Shown here piece after piece: positions 45,088 to 54,182 of a stretch of DNA of 64,000 bases. Source of the DNA: Actinomycetota bacterium (lineage in GTDB: Bacteria; Actinomycetota; Geothermincolia; Geothermincolales; RBG-13-55-18); the NCBI GenBank assembly GCA_014360685.1, contig JACIXB010000023.1, positions 9,825 through 73,824 on the forward strand, written 5' to 3'. Each line of letters begins with the position of its first letter. Within the stretch, counting starts at the first letter, position 1. The notes below the pieces were generated by a model. It searched no databases. It was not told the DNA's origin and worked only from the letters and a program-made list of their open reading frames with translations. The position numbers and the translations under genes are program-made.

Positions 45088-45993
45088 TCAAGTCCCGCGA
45101 ATGAAATCCACCACCACCGCGGCCAGTTCCTCGCCCTTGTCCTCCTGAAGGAAATGGCCGGCGCCCCTAATGGTCACGTGTTCACGACCCGCGGCCCCGG
45201 GGATGGAGGACTGCAGGAGGACGTCGCCGCCCCGGGTTATGGGGTCCCCGTCGCTGAAGGTGGTTAGAAAGGGTTTTTCGAACAGGCGCAGGCTTTGCCA
45301 GGCCCTGCGGTTGTCCTCCGCGGCCGGGTCGTCCGGCGTGACGGGCACCAGGGAGGGGAAGATGCGCGCCCCTTCCTTGTAGCTCTCGTCGGGGAAGGGC
45401 GCTTCGTAGGCGGCGATGACCTCCGGCGGCAAGGGTGTGAGGCAGCCGGACTGGATGATATTGCCGATGGGGAGCTCCGGGACTTCCTGGGAATATCGGC
45501 GCCAGGCCATGAAGGCCTCTCCCAGGGGGTAGTCCCCGGTGGGCAGGCCGGTGTTGGCGGCCACCACGCGGGAGAAGATCTCGGGCCTCTCCGCGACCAG
45601 CCGGAGCCCGATGAGCCCTCCCCAGTCCTGGCAGACCAGGTTTATGTCCCGGAGGCCCAGCCGCGTCAGCCATTCCCGCATCCACTCCACGTGGCGCCGG
45701 TAAGTGTAATCCTCCCGCCGGGAGGGCTTGTCGGAGCGCCCGAAGCCCACCAGGTCGGGGACCACGGCCCGGAAACCGGCATCCACGACAACGGGTATCA
45801 TCTTGCGGTAAAGGTAAGACCAGGAGGGCTCGCCGTGCAGCATTAGCACGACCTCTCCTTCCGGGTCCCCCTCATCCAGGTAGTGAACCCGTAGGCGCCC
45901 GCCTTCCCCGTCGGGGATCTCCAGGTAATGGGGCTCGAAAGGATAACCCGGCAGGTTCCGAAATCTCTCATCGGGAGTGCGCAGGACGTCCAT
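45088..45993 (-). CDS. Haloalkane-dehalogenase-like alpha/beta hydrolase
   Basis: RTPDERFRNLPGYPFEPHYLEI..LRVHYLDEG..VVLMLHGEPSWSYLYRKMIP, nucleophile motif VCQDWGG, and C-terminal GAGHFLQED. Confidence 0.8.
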   Translation of the reverse strand: MDVLRTPDERFRNLPGYPFEPHYLEIPDGEGGRLRVHYLDEGDPEGEVVLMLHGEPSWSYLYRKMIPVVVDAGFRAVVPDLVGFGRSDKPSRREDYTYRRHVEWMREWLTRLGLRDINLVCQDWGGLIGLRLVAERPEIFSRVVAANTGLPTGDYPLGEAFMAWRRYSQEVPELPIGNIIQSGCLTPLPPEVIAAYEAPFPDESYKEGARIFPSLVPVTPDDPAAEDNRRAWQSLRLFEKPFLTTFSDGDPITRGGDVLLQSSIPGAAGREHVTIRGAGHFLQEDKGEELAAVVVDFIRGT

Positions 45994-46492
45994 GATACCC
46001 TATCTCCTTTCCTTTCCAGATGTTTCCTCTTCAACGGAGCGGCGGCCGCGCGGATGGGACGCCGGCTTCTTACCTTTCCGGCCGGGTCTTTTTCCCCGTG
46101 ACCCGCGCTTTGCCGACTACTCGAGGCCTTTCGTTTGCGAGTGCTCTGCTCATTTTCCGGCCATACGGGCGCGAGGTCCCGATTGGTTCCTGCACCGGCC
46201 GAAAGCCCTCCACGGTGAAGTCCCGCAATTATTGTAAATCAACCATTCAAGCCACGCATGCCGGAGAAAACGGGGTCGCCGATCCCCGCTCCGGTAGAAG
46301 GGATAAAAGGTATTCCGTACCCGGTTGTCAGGAGTGTCGGTCCTCGATCTCGCGTCGGGGGGCTGAAAAAGTGCTCCGACAGGCCGATGGAGGCCATGAG
46401 CGTCGGAAGGAAATCGAAAACGGTGCTATCATTTCCCCCATCCGCAAGGGGAGGCTTCGGTAACGGATGTGAAGTAAAAGGAGGTGGTCGGG

Positions 46493-47062
46493 ATGGCTTA
46501 CGTTTACGGCACCAGGGAGTGGGAAGAGGCTTTCGATAAACTGATGCGCGACCTCATGGAGGTGGAAAGACCCCCCTACATCATGGGCACGCCGGCCTGG
46601 ATAGGTAATTACCAGGAGCTCATCCGGAAGGACGAGACCTATCGGAACCTGGCCAAGGGTTGGGAGGGATCCGTGGTCATCCACATCCTCCCGGAACCTG
46701 CCGTGGGGCTGGAGGATGACATGTACCTCATGCTTGACCTTTGGAACGGGGAATGCCGCTCGGTGCGCCTGGTGCCCAAGTCGGCGGGGGAAGGAGGCGA
46801 CTACGTGCTCACCGCCGACTACCACCGCTGGAAGCAGGTGATGACCGGGGAACTTGACGCCACCAAGGGCATGATACAGGGCAAGATAAAGCTCAAGGGG
46901 AACCTGCCCACCATCGTCCGTTACGCCAAGGCGGCCACCCGCCTGACCGAGCTGGTGGGCATGGTGGACACCGTTTTCCTGGATGAGATGTCCCCGGAGG
47001 AGGTGGAGGCCTTCAAGCCTTGGGTGGATTTCGTGAGGGAAGAATTCTCCCTCTCCGCTTGA
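46493..47062 (+). CDS. Stand-alone SCP2 domain protein
   Basis: GELDATKGMIQGKIKLKGNLPTIVRYAKAATRL SCP2 signature. aaaggagg lies 8 nt before the ATG at 46493. Confidence 0.7.
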   Translation: MAYVYGTREWEEAFDKLMRDLMEVERPPYIMGTPAWIGNYQELIRKDETYRNLAKGWEGSVVIHILPEPAVGLEDDMYLMLDLWNGECRSVRLVPKSAGEGGDYVLTADYHRWKQVMTGELDATKGMIQGKIKLKGNLPTIVRYAKAATRLTELVGMVDTVFLDEMSPEEVEAFKPWVDFVREEFSLSA

Positions 47063-47077
47063 GCGGAACGTGGCCCC

Positions 47078-47152
47078 CCGCCTACCATCTCCCGTTACTC
47101 CAAGGCGGCCACCAGCTTGGCCGGGCCGGTGGGCATGGTGGACGCCGTTTTC
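47078..47152 (+). repeat. Decayed duplicate of the 3' part of the preceding SCP2 gene
   Basis: 47081..47152 aligns with 46908..46979, roughly 80-85 percent identical by eye. It encodes PTISRYSKAATSLAGPVGMVDAVF versus PTIVRYAKAATRLTELVGMVDTVF, offset by 174 nt, so it is in the same frame. Confidence 0.7.
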
Positions 47153-47268
47153 CCGCCGCTGGCGCTTGTAATACAATCGGGACGTAGGAGAGGGAATGCC
47201 GGCAAACAAGGGAGTGATGGGGGATGCTCCGCTGGGTTGGCTCGATACCGGCCGGAACACGAGGCCCG

Positions 47269-49974
47269 ATGACCAAGGCCTTTCGCCTTCTTCTTCCCGT
47301 TTTCCTTTCCCTGGCCTTGGTCGCGGGCAGCGCGGTGAGCTCATGCACGGGTGGCCTTCCGGCCGCGGCGGGGATGTTTCACCCCGCCGGTTCCCTTCCG
47401 GAGATCGCCAAGCGTATCAACCAGCTCATCTACCCGACCTTCGGCTTTCCGGCCATAGTCCCCCGCGGCGCCAGGCTGGTCATCGAGTGGGACTGGCGCA
47501 AGGGAATCCCCGGGGCCCCGCGGCCGGATTTCGAGTTGGTGAGCCGACCGGAGGATTGGAGGGTATGGGTGACCACCTCGGTGGCGGCCAACGCCCGGAA
47601 TTATGATGGAACCGTTCCCGGCTCCCCGGACGATCCTCCGCCGGAGTGGTACCGCCTGGGCGGGCCGCCTTACGGGACTTATCCCCATCCGGTGCACACG
47701 GTGGTAAACACCAGGCAGCTCAGGGTCATGGGGTTGGCTCGGGGACCCAGCCGCCGTTGGCCGGAGATATTCGGGCAGCCCGGTTTCGAGGTCGATCACA
47801 TCGAGGTGGAAGTGCCTCCAGACGTCCCCCTGGACCTCTACGACCTTCACGTGCAGTGCCTGTCGGGAGGCGTGGAGCCGGCCTTCCGCGTAACGGATCA
47901 CCAGCCCCATGCGCTGCAGGTCATAGATGAGTACCGTGACGATCTGAGGATCGTGCACATAACCGACACTCACGTCTACGGACCGGAGATCAGGAACGGC
48001 TTGAACCTGGATTACAACTCTTTCGAGCTGCGTGAACCGCGTCCCGGGACCCCCGACCGTTTCGACCTCTCCGTTTTCGGGTATCCGGGTTTTCCCATGG
48101 ACCTGGACGGCGACGGCAAGGTGAACGAGGGGGCCATCTACCTCCAAGAGGAGCTGCAGGCCATCAACCTCATCGACCCCGATTTCGTGGTCTTCACCGG
48201 TGATGCCGTCTACGCCCAGAAGAACTTCAACACCTATCCCAAGGACACCTGGCTGTGGGGAGACGTCAACGGGGATCCGGGCAGCGAGTACCGCTTTGAG
48301 TACACCTGGTGGTACGATGAGCTGCTGGCCCTCAACGTGCCCGTGTTCTGCGTCCCCGGGAACCACGACGGCTACTGCTGGGACGGACACGCGGCGGAGC
48401 ACGACGACGGCCAGGAGATCTGGCAGGATCTTTTCGGGCCCCTTTATTACTCCTGGGATTACGGGGACATGACCTTCCTGGCCGTGAATTCGATGGACTG
48501 GGAAAAGATGGACCCCGATGGGCCGGAGCCCTTCGTCCCCGAAAACACCAATCCCATATTGTGGTCTCTGGCTACCTCGATTTTCCCGGAGATGGCCGAG
48601 GACTACGACGACCGGAACGGATTCCTGGCCGATTTTTCCAGTATCTTTCTACCCCTCAAGGTGATCATCCCGCATAAGTGGCACGGACAGGTGAGGGGAG
48701 ACGGAGACCTCTGGGAATGGCAGCCCTGGCCTTGGGGTCCCGATCCCGACGGCGACGGCTTCAGCGGGCAGCTGGCCTGGCTGGAGAGGGAACTGCGCCG
48801 CGCCCAGGCGGAAGGCAAGAAATTGAAGGCGGGCTTCATGCACCACGACCCGCTGCGGCCGGCCGGTTCGCCTCCGGAGACTTTCGCCAACGCCAAGGAG
48901 TTCGGACTGGTGGAGTTGGCGGCGGGCGAGGGAGAGGGATCTCAGGCCCTCATGTACCTCCTCCGGAAGTACGAGGTCTCCTTCGTGGCCACGGGCCACA
49001 CCCACAGCGACGCCATCAACCGCGTGCCCTGGTCTCCCTACGGGAGCTCCCCAGGCGAGGTGGTGTGCATCAACACCACCGGGGCGGAGATCCCCGTGGA
49101 TGGTAATTCCCTTCTCATGGACAGGGCTTCGGAGGGCTACGGGGGCTTTCGGCTGATAACCATCCGCGATTGTCGCCTGTTCGACTGGGGGTTCGCCGGA
49201 GCGGATGGAGACCCCGACCGCAAGTGGTCCATCCCCGGCTGGGAAGGCCTGGCGGTGGGTGCGGGCGAGGTGAACGATTATCGAAAATATCGTTCCGGCC
49301 GCCCGGTGATCCAGTGGATGGAGCAGGAGGATTCCCCGGATCCCTCTTATGCCAGGCCTTCCATTCGGGATGGTGAGGGCACTTTCGATAAACCTCTTCC
49401 GCTCAACCGGGAAGGGCCCTTCGAAGACGTCACCTGCAGGGTCAAGAACACCCTCAACCAGCCGGGGGCGGTCTTGAACCTTCAGGGGTGCCGCTTGGAG
49501 TTCCCCATGAAGTACCTCTCCGGCGGGGCGTACTACGCGGTGCAGAACGGTTGCATCCTTGAGCAGTACGACACGGATTCGGGTGAACGCATGGTGGTGG
49601 TACTGGCGGATGTGCCCGGTGGAAGTGTGCTCCCCATAAGGGTTCGCGCGGCAGGCAGGGATCGACGCAGGCCGGTGGTGGATGAAGCGAGAATAGGCGA
49701 CGGGCGGGGCTTCACGGACCGCCTCGAGGTTCTGGTGACCCTCAGGGCACACGACCGGGAAGCGGGACTGATGGACGTCCGCGTTTCCAACCGGCCGGAT
49801 TTCGCTGGGGCGCCCTGGATACCTTGTCGGGATGGCCGGACCCTGTTGCTTCCCTGGGAACTCGAGGAGGGACCACGAGGAAAGCGCCACGTGTACGTGC
49901 AGTTCAGGGATGCCGCCATGCCCGGAAACCTGCGCACCGTGAGGCTCACCGTGTATTACGATCCCGGAGCATGA
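47269..49974 (+). CDS. Large lipoprotein with a calcineurin-like metallophosphoesterase core
   Basis: MTKAFRLLLPVFLSLALVAGSAVSSC signal plus lipobox. Motifs VHITDTHVYG, FTGDAVY, PGNHDGY and TGHTHSD. About 900 aa. Confidence 0.75.
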   Translation: MTKAFRLLLPVFLSLALVAGSAVSSCTGGLPAAAGMFHPAGSLPEIAKRINQLIYPTFGFPAIVPRGARLVIEWDWRKGIPGAPRPDFELVSRPEDWRVWVTTSVAANARNYDGTVPGSPDDPPPEWYRLGGPPYGTYPHPVHTVVNTRQLRVMGLARGPSRRWPEIFGQPGFEVDHIEVEVPPDVPLDLYDLHVQCLSGGVEPAFRVTDHQPHALQVIDEYRDDLRIVHITDTHVYGPEIRNGLNLDYNSFELREPRPGTPDRFDLSVFGYPGFPMDLDGDGKVNEGAIYLQEELQAINLIDPDFVVFTGDAVYAQKNFNTYPKDTWLWGDVNGDPGSEYRFEYTWWYDELLALNVPVFCVPGNHDGYCWDGHAAEHDDGQEIWQDLFGPLYYSWDYGDMTFLAVNSMDWEKMDPDGPEPFVPENTNPILWSLATSIFPEMAEDYDDRNGFLADFSSIFLPLKVIIPHKWHGQVRGDGDLWEWQPWPWGPDPDGDGFSGQLAWLERELRRAQAEGKKLKAGFMHHDPLRPAGSPPETFANAKEFGLVELAAGEGEGSQALMYLLRKYEVSFVATGHTHSDAINRVPWSPYGSSPGEVVCINTTGAEIPVDGNSLLMDRASEGYGGFRLITIRDCRLFDWGFAGADGDPDRKWSIPGWEGLAVGAGEVNDYRKYRSGRPVIQWMEQEDSPDPSYARPSIRDGEGTFDKPLPLNREGPFEDVTCRVKNTLNQPGAVLNLQGCRLEFPMKYLSGGAYYAVQNGCILEQYDTDSGERMVVVLADVPGGSVLPIRVRAAGRDRRRPVVDEARIGDGRGFTDRLEVLVTLRAHDREAGLMDVRVSNRPDFAGAPWIPCRDGRTLLLPWELEEGPRGKRHVYVQFRDAAMPGNLRTVRLTVYYDPGA

Positions 49975-50297
49975 TGACCAGGCGCTCAACCTCGTGGATA
50001 TGACTTTCGAGACGGACATAACGGCATGCAAGCGGCTCCCCGCGGTTCCCCAAGAGCACCTGATGCCCTTGGTGGTCATGTCTTTCACGTCATGTCTTTC
50101 CCGGTTACTGCCGGCCGTACCGTTCGCTGCTTGGTGGAGAACGAGCTTCCCCTGTTCTCGTCGATGTCGAGGTGTGCCCGGGCTTTACGCAGCTTGCGCG
50201 ATTACCGGGAGATCAGGACGGCGGGATTGGAGGGTGTCCACGGGACGGCGGGCGCCGCCGGGTGAGGTCCGTTCCATACCTTGCATTTCGGCGTGCG

Positions 50298-50747
50298 TCA
50301 ATGGGGCGGTTCGATCTCCTTGAACAGCCGCTCCCGGGCCTTCATCATCTCCGCCTCCGATTCGGGCATGGAGATCCGCCAGGCTCCATCCTCGAGTACA
50401 AGGACCATGTCGAACCTCAGTTCATGCTCCAAGGGCTTGAGTTTGAGGGTCACCGGAACCTTGGCCTTCTCCCCGGATACCTCGGGGTGGCCGACGGAAT
50501 AACTCCCTATGCTCTCCGAGAAACCTGCCACGAACTGCTCCTTGTTTTCCACTTCCGCCTGGCTTTCGCGGTCCAGGAGCTTGAAAGCCGTATCCGCCTC
50601 CTTCGCCATAGCTGCCTCGTAGAATTTCACTACCACGGTGTCCGGGCCCCCGGTTAGGTCCACCTTCCTTCCGCAGCCGGACGGGAAGGAGAGACAGAGC
50701 GCTGCCAGGATGAAAACAACGGCGGCAACAAGGATCTTATACCTCAA
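50298..50747 (-). CDS. Small lipoprotein of unknown function
   Basis: Signal peptide and lipobox PSGCG. 149 aa. Confidence 0.6.
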   Translation of the reverse strand: MRYKILVAAVVFILAALCLSFPSGCGRKVDLTGGPDTVVVKFYEAAMAKEADTAFKLLDRESQAEVENKEQFVAGFSESIGSYSVGHPEVSGEKAKVPVTLKLKPLEHELRFDMVLVLEDGAWRISMPESEAEMMKARERLFKEIEPPH

Positions 50748-51150
50748 GGCGCCTCCTTTCGCTGCCCTTTGGAATGATTCCTAAAGCCCACGCTCAAGAA
50801 TGATAGCCTCTCCGGATTTCTTTTTGAAGGGCTGTTGAAAGGAGGCGGAGCGGCCGTAATGTGCCTGGAGATGGATCACTCGTTCCGGAAACGGAGTTCT
50901 TGGAACGGTACGAAGTTCACCGGTGCACCCCTCCATGCGCCCTGAATACAAATCGCGTGAGTGGCCTGCTTTCCTCCGGTCGCCGGTGTATGATTCGTAC
51001 ATGGATAAACCTTTTTCCTCGTCAAAGGGGCATGGTTTGCCTTCCCCCGGAAAAAGTGAATAATATTTCCTTAGTCTCGTTCCTTTAAAGACTTGGTCCG
51101 TGGAAACGAGGACCAGGGCTTCATGGCCGGGCACGAGGAGGGATGGTGGA

Positions 51151-52809
51151 ATGCTACGGGAGGGCTGGCCCAGGGAGGGCGTGATAGACGAGTGGTTCGA
51201 GGGGGCTCTGGAAACAGCGTATGCCAGGAGATACCCCAACTTGACGGCCATCTTCAAGGAGGGGCTGGCGCGCTTCCCGGACGAGGAGATCTTCATTTTT
51301 CCCACCTTGGGGGAGAGGTATACCCGTCGCCGCCTGGACGAGGCGGTGCGCAAGGTGGCCGCCTCCCTCAAAGACGATTACGGCATCGCCAAGGGGGACC
51401 GGGTAGCCATGATCCTGCTCAACAACCCCGAGTTCTGCATCAGCTACCTGGCCATCGCCGCCGTGGGCGCCATTTCGGTGGTCATCAACGCCAGGCTGGA
51501 GACGGAAGAGCTGGCCTTCCAACTGCGGGATTCCGGTGCCCGCCTGGTCATCGTGGAGAACGATCTCTACGAGAGGGTAAAACCCCTGCGGGGAAAGCTG
51601 GAGAGCCTGGAAGAAGTGGTAACGACCGGCGACGAGGGGAGGGAAGGAACGGCGCCCTTCAGCGCTCTGATGGCCCGGGAGGCCCCTCCCTACATAGACG
51701 TGGAAGTGGGAGAGAAGGACATCTGCAGCATATGTTACACGTCCGGGACCACGGGCAGGCCCAAGGGAAGCATCATCACCCACCGCAACGTGTGCACCAA
51801 CGCCCAGGCGCTCTTGAGCTGCATGCCCTACCTGATACCGGAAAAATATACCATGGACGACATATTCCGCATAAAACAGATGATATCCGTGCCCCTTTTT
51901 CACGTCACCGCGCTGCATACCCTTTTCAACCTCTGCCTGCTGGGCGCCTCGGCCGTGGTGCTGCCCGTATTCCAGGCGGACCAGGTCATCGAGAGCATGA
52001 TCGAGGAAAAGGTGAACTTCTTCGTAGGCGTAACCGCCATGTTCTGGCTGTTGCGCATGCAACCCAATTACCAGAAGCTGGTGGAAGCCGGGCACATCGA
52101 GGTGATGTTCCAGGGCGGTTCCCCCATGCCTCCCGAGCTGGGTGAACTCATGCTCAAGGATTTCCCTGACGCCAAGATAGGAAACGGTTTCGGGATGACG
52201 GAGACCACCTCCATAGGTGCCGGTTCGCTGCTCCCCCCGGAGCAGGTCATCAAGAGAGGGTCCTCCATCGGCTGGCCCACGCCCCCCACGCTTTTCAAGG
52301 TGGTGGACGACCAGCTCAGGGAGGTGCCGGTGGGGGAACCCGGCGAGCTCCTGATAAGCGGGGCGGGGGTCTGCCGGGGTTACTGGAACCTTCCGGACAA
52401 GACCAGCGAGAGTTTCGTAGTCGATTCGGAGGGGCGCAGGTGGCACCGCTCCGGGGACGTGGTGATCAAGGACGAGGAGGGTTTTTACACCATAGTGGAC
52501 CGCAAGAAGGACATGATACTCCGGGGAGGGGAGAACGTGTACTCCGTGGAGGTGGAGAACCTCATCCTCACCAACCCCAAGGTGCTGCAGGCGGCGGTGG
52601 TGGGGGTTCCCGATCCCGTGCTGGGGGAGAAGATCAAGGCGGTGGTTTTTCCCATGCCCGGCCACACCGTGACCCCCGAGGAGATCGTGGAGTTCTGCCG
52701 GGGGAAGATAGCCGATTATAAGGTGCCGGATTACGTGGTCGTCTCGGACGCCCCTCTGCCCATGAATCCCGGCGGGAAGATAATCAAGGAGCGCTTGCGG
52801 GAGCTTTAG
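51151..52809 (+). CDS. AMP-dependent acyl-CoA synthetase/ligase (fatty-acid-CoA-ligase-like)
   Basis: YTSGTTGRPKG AMP-binding motif, GFGMTET, GDVV..DEEGFYTIVDRKKDMI, and GKIIKERL. ATG at 51151 has gaggagg upstream. Confidence 0.9.
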   Translation: MLREGWPREGVIDEWFEGALETAYARRYPNLTAIFKEGLARFPDEEIFIFPTLGERYTRRRLDEAVRKVAASLKDDYGIAKGDRVAMILLNNPEFCISYLAIAAVGAISVVINARLETEELAFQLRDSGARLVIVENDLYERVKPLRGKLESLEEVVTTGDEGREGTAPFSALMAREAPPYIDVEVGEKDICSICYTSGTTGRPKGSIITHRNVCTNAQALLSCMPYLIPEKYTMDDIFRIKQMISVPLFHVTALHTLFNLCLLGASAVVLPVFQADQVIESMIEEKVNFFVGVTAMFWLLRMQPNYQKLVEAGHIEVMFQGGSPMPPELGELMLKDFPDAKIGNGFGMTETTSIGAGSLLPPEQVIKRGSSIGWPTPPTLFKVVDDQLREVPVGEPGELLISGAGVCRGYWNLPDKTSESFVVDSEGRRWHRSGDVVIKDEEGFYTIVDRKKDMILRGGENVYSVEVENLILTNPKVLQAAVVGVPDPVLGEKIKAVVFPMPGHTVTPEEIVEFCRGKIADYKVPDYVVVSDAPLPMNPGGKIIKERLREL

Positions 52810-52940
52810 GAGGAGTCCGCCGATCTTCCCGGATTATCCGGGTTGCGGAAGGGCCGGCCTCCAGGAGTATGTAAGTGCGCATCTTCGAGGAGCATGGAAG
52901 AAAGGGTTCGAGCAGCGGAAGCCGGCCCTCCATCCCGGTC

Positions 52941-53480
52941 TCAAGGCATCAGGTTCGCCAGCGAGAGTGCGAATGACATGTCGCCGTCCAACTTGACCTT
53001 ACCCTGCATGAAGGCCATCGGGCCGCTCAGTTCCCCGGTGGCCATTTTCGCGAAGTCCTGCGATGAGGCGGAGATGGTCACGCTTGGGGAATCGGCCCCG
53101 TTGAACTTGATGGTTACCGGGAGTGTCCAATTGCCGGGCATGCCTATCTCGAAGGTAACCGTCCCCTTGGCCGCGGTCACCGCGTCATATTGCTTGCGGC
53201 CGGTAAAGGAGCTGACCATGTCCACCAGGGGGCGGATGACCTCCTCGGGGATGGTCACCTCGAGCATGGGGTTTTCGAGGCCGCCCGGATGGACGGTGAT
53301 ATCCCGGGCATCCTTGATGGAGATGCCGTAGACCAGGCTCTTTTCCCCCTTCAGGACCAGTTGCACGGAGAACTCGGTTCCCTCCATGTCCGGGATGGGC
53401 TTTTCCTGCAATCGCCTTGAGACCAGCCCGGGCACGTAGGATTCAACGTATTCCTGCAGGGTCACGGAACTTTCGGTCAT
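52941..53480 (-). CDS. Stand-alone SCP2 domain protein
   Basis: C-terminal DFAKMATGELSGPMAFMQGKVKLDGDMSFALSLANL SCP2 signature. Confidence 0.7.
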   Translation of the reverse strand: MTESSVTLQEYVESYVPGLVSRRLQEKPIPDMEGTEFSVQLVLKGEKSLVYGISIKDARDITVHPGGLENPMLEVTIPEEVIRPLVDMVSSFTGRKQYDAVTAAKGTVTFEIGMPGNWTLPVTIKFNGADSPSVTISASSQDFAKMATGELSGPMAFMQGKVKLDGDMSFALSLANLMP

Positions 53481-53551
53481 GTGTAGATCCCCCCTTCAAT
53501 CCCTGGATCGAGCGGCTTAAACGCTGCCCGGACGGGGCTTCCACCGCACCG

Positions 53552-53986
53552 TCATTTCCCGCGGGGGGCGGCATACCACGGGTCCCGGTTACGGTCGATC
53601 TTTTCCCCTTCGGGTTCGCAATAGACCAGGTTCTTTCCCTCCAGGCGCCGGAGCGCCCGCAAAACCTCTTTGCGGCTCAGGCCGAGGGATTCGGACAATT
53701 CGTCCACGTCCGCCCCGGGGCATTCCTCCAGATAGGCAAGCACGTTCTGCGCGTTCTTCTTGAGCTCGTGCACCTTCTGGAGCCCCTTTTCCGTAAGGCC
53801 GATTTTCTCTAGACTCCTCACCTCCTTTCGCGCCGCCAGGAAGGCGTCGAGGTCTTCCTGGGTGATGATGTACTTCTTCCCGACGCGAGCCGCCTTCAAT
53901 TCTCCCTTACGGATGTAATGCCTTACCGTCTGGATATTGACTCCCAGACCTTTGGCCACCTGGTAAGTGCTGAGATAGTTCTTCAA
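53552..53986 (-). CDS. DNA-binding protein: excisionase/MerR-type HTH (HTH_17) fused to a winged-helix domain
   Basis: LSTYQVAKGLGVNIQTVRHYIRKGELKAARVGKKYIITQEDLDAFL, then DVDELSESLGLSRKEVLRALRRLEGKNLVY. The TTG at 53986 (ggagg upstream) is the first start downstream of the predicted promoter. The ORF is open to 54049. Confidence 0.6.
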   Translation of the reverse strand: MKNYLSTYQVAKGLGVNIQTVRHYIRKGELKAARVGKKYIITQEDLDAFLAARKEVRSLEKIGLTEKGLQKVHELKKNAQNVLAYLEECPGADVDELSESLGLSRKEVLRALRRLEGKNLVYCEPEGEKIDRNRDPWYAAPRGK

Positions 53987-54020
53987 TACGCCTCCAGCTC
54001 TGTGTGGGGATTTTGAAACT

Positions 54021-54049
54021 ATGATATGTATACCTGATATATATGTCAA
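54021..54049 (-). promoter_or_regulatory. Near-consensus sigma-70 promoter (TTGACA-17-TATCAT, minus strand)
   Basis: The reverse complement of 54044..54049 is ttgaca and of 54021..54026 is tatcat, with a 17-nt AT-rich spacer. Confidence 0.6.
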
Positions 54050-54182
54050 TATTATTTTACGTTGTTCTACTTGTCCACGGCGGTCTCTCAGCGAGCCGCC
54101 TTGGCATGCGGGGAAGTGTCCCCGGGATCAAGGCCGCGGACGGTGGATAAAGGGGTTAGGGGAAGAGTCGCGATGCCGTTCC

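Noticed and set aside
46908-47152. Diversity-generating retroelement (template/variable repeat pair) as an explanation for the SCP2 repeat
   Set aside because: The differences are of all substitution types rather than adenine-specific. No reverse transcriptase gene is present anywhere in the window, and the second copy is not inside an intact ORF.
52810-52940. Direct repeat gcggaag(g)gccggcc(c)tcc (x2) between the ligase and SCP2 genes, considered as a mini CRISPR-like or tandem array
   Set aside because: Only two imperfect copies of a short GC-rich self-complementary motif lie between convergent genes. They are most likely terminator-type hairpins, with no spacer-repeat periodicity.
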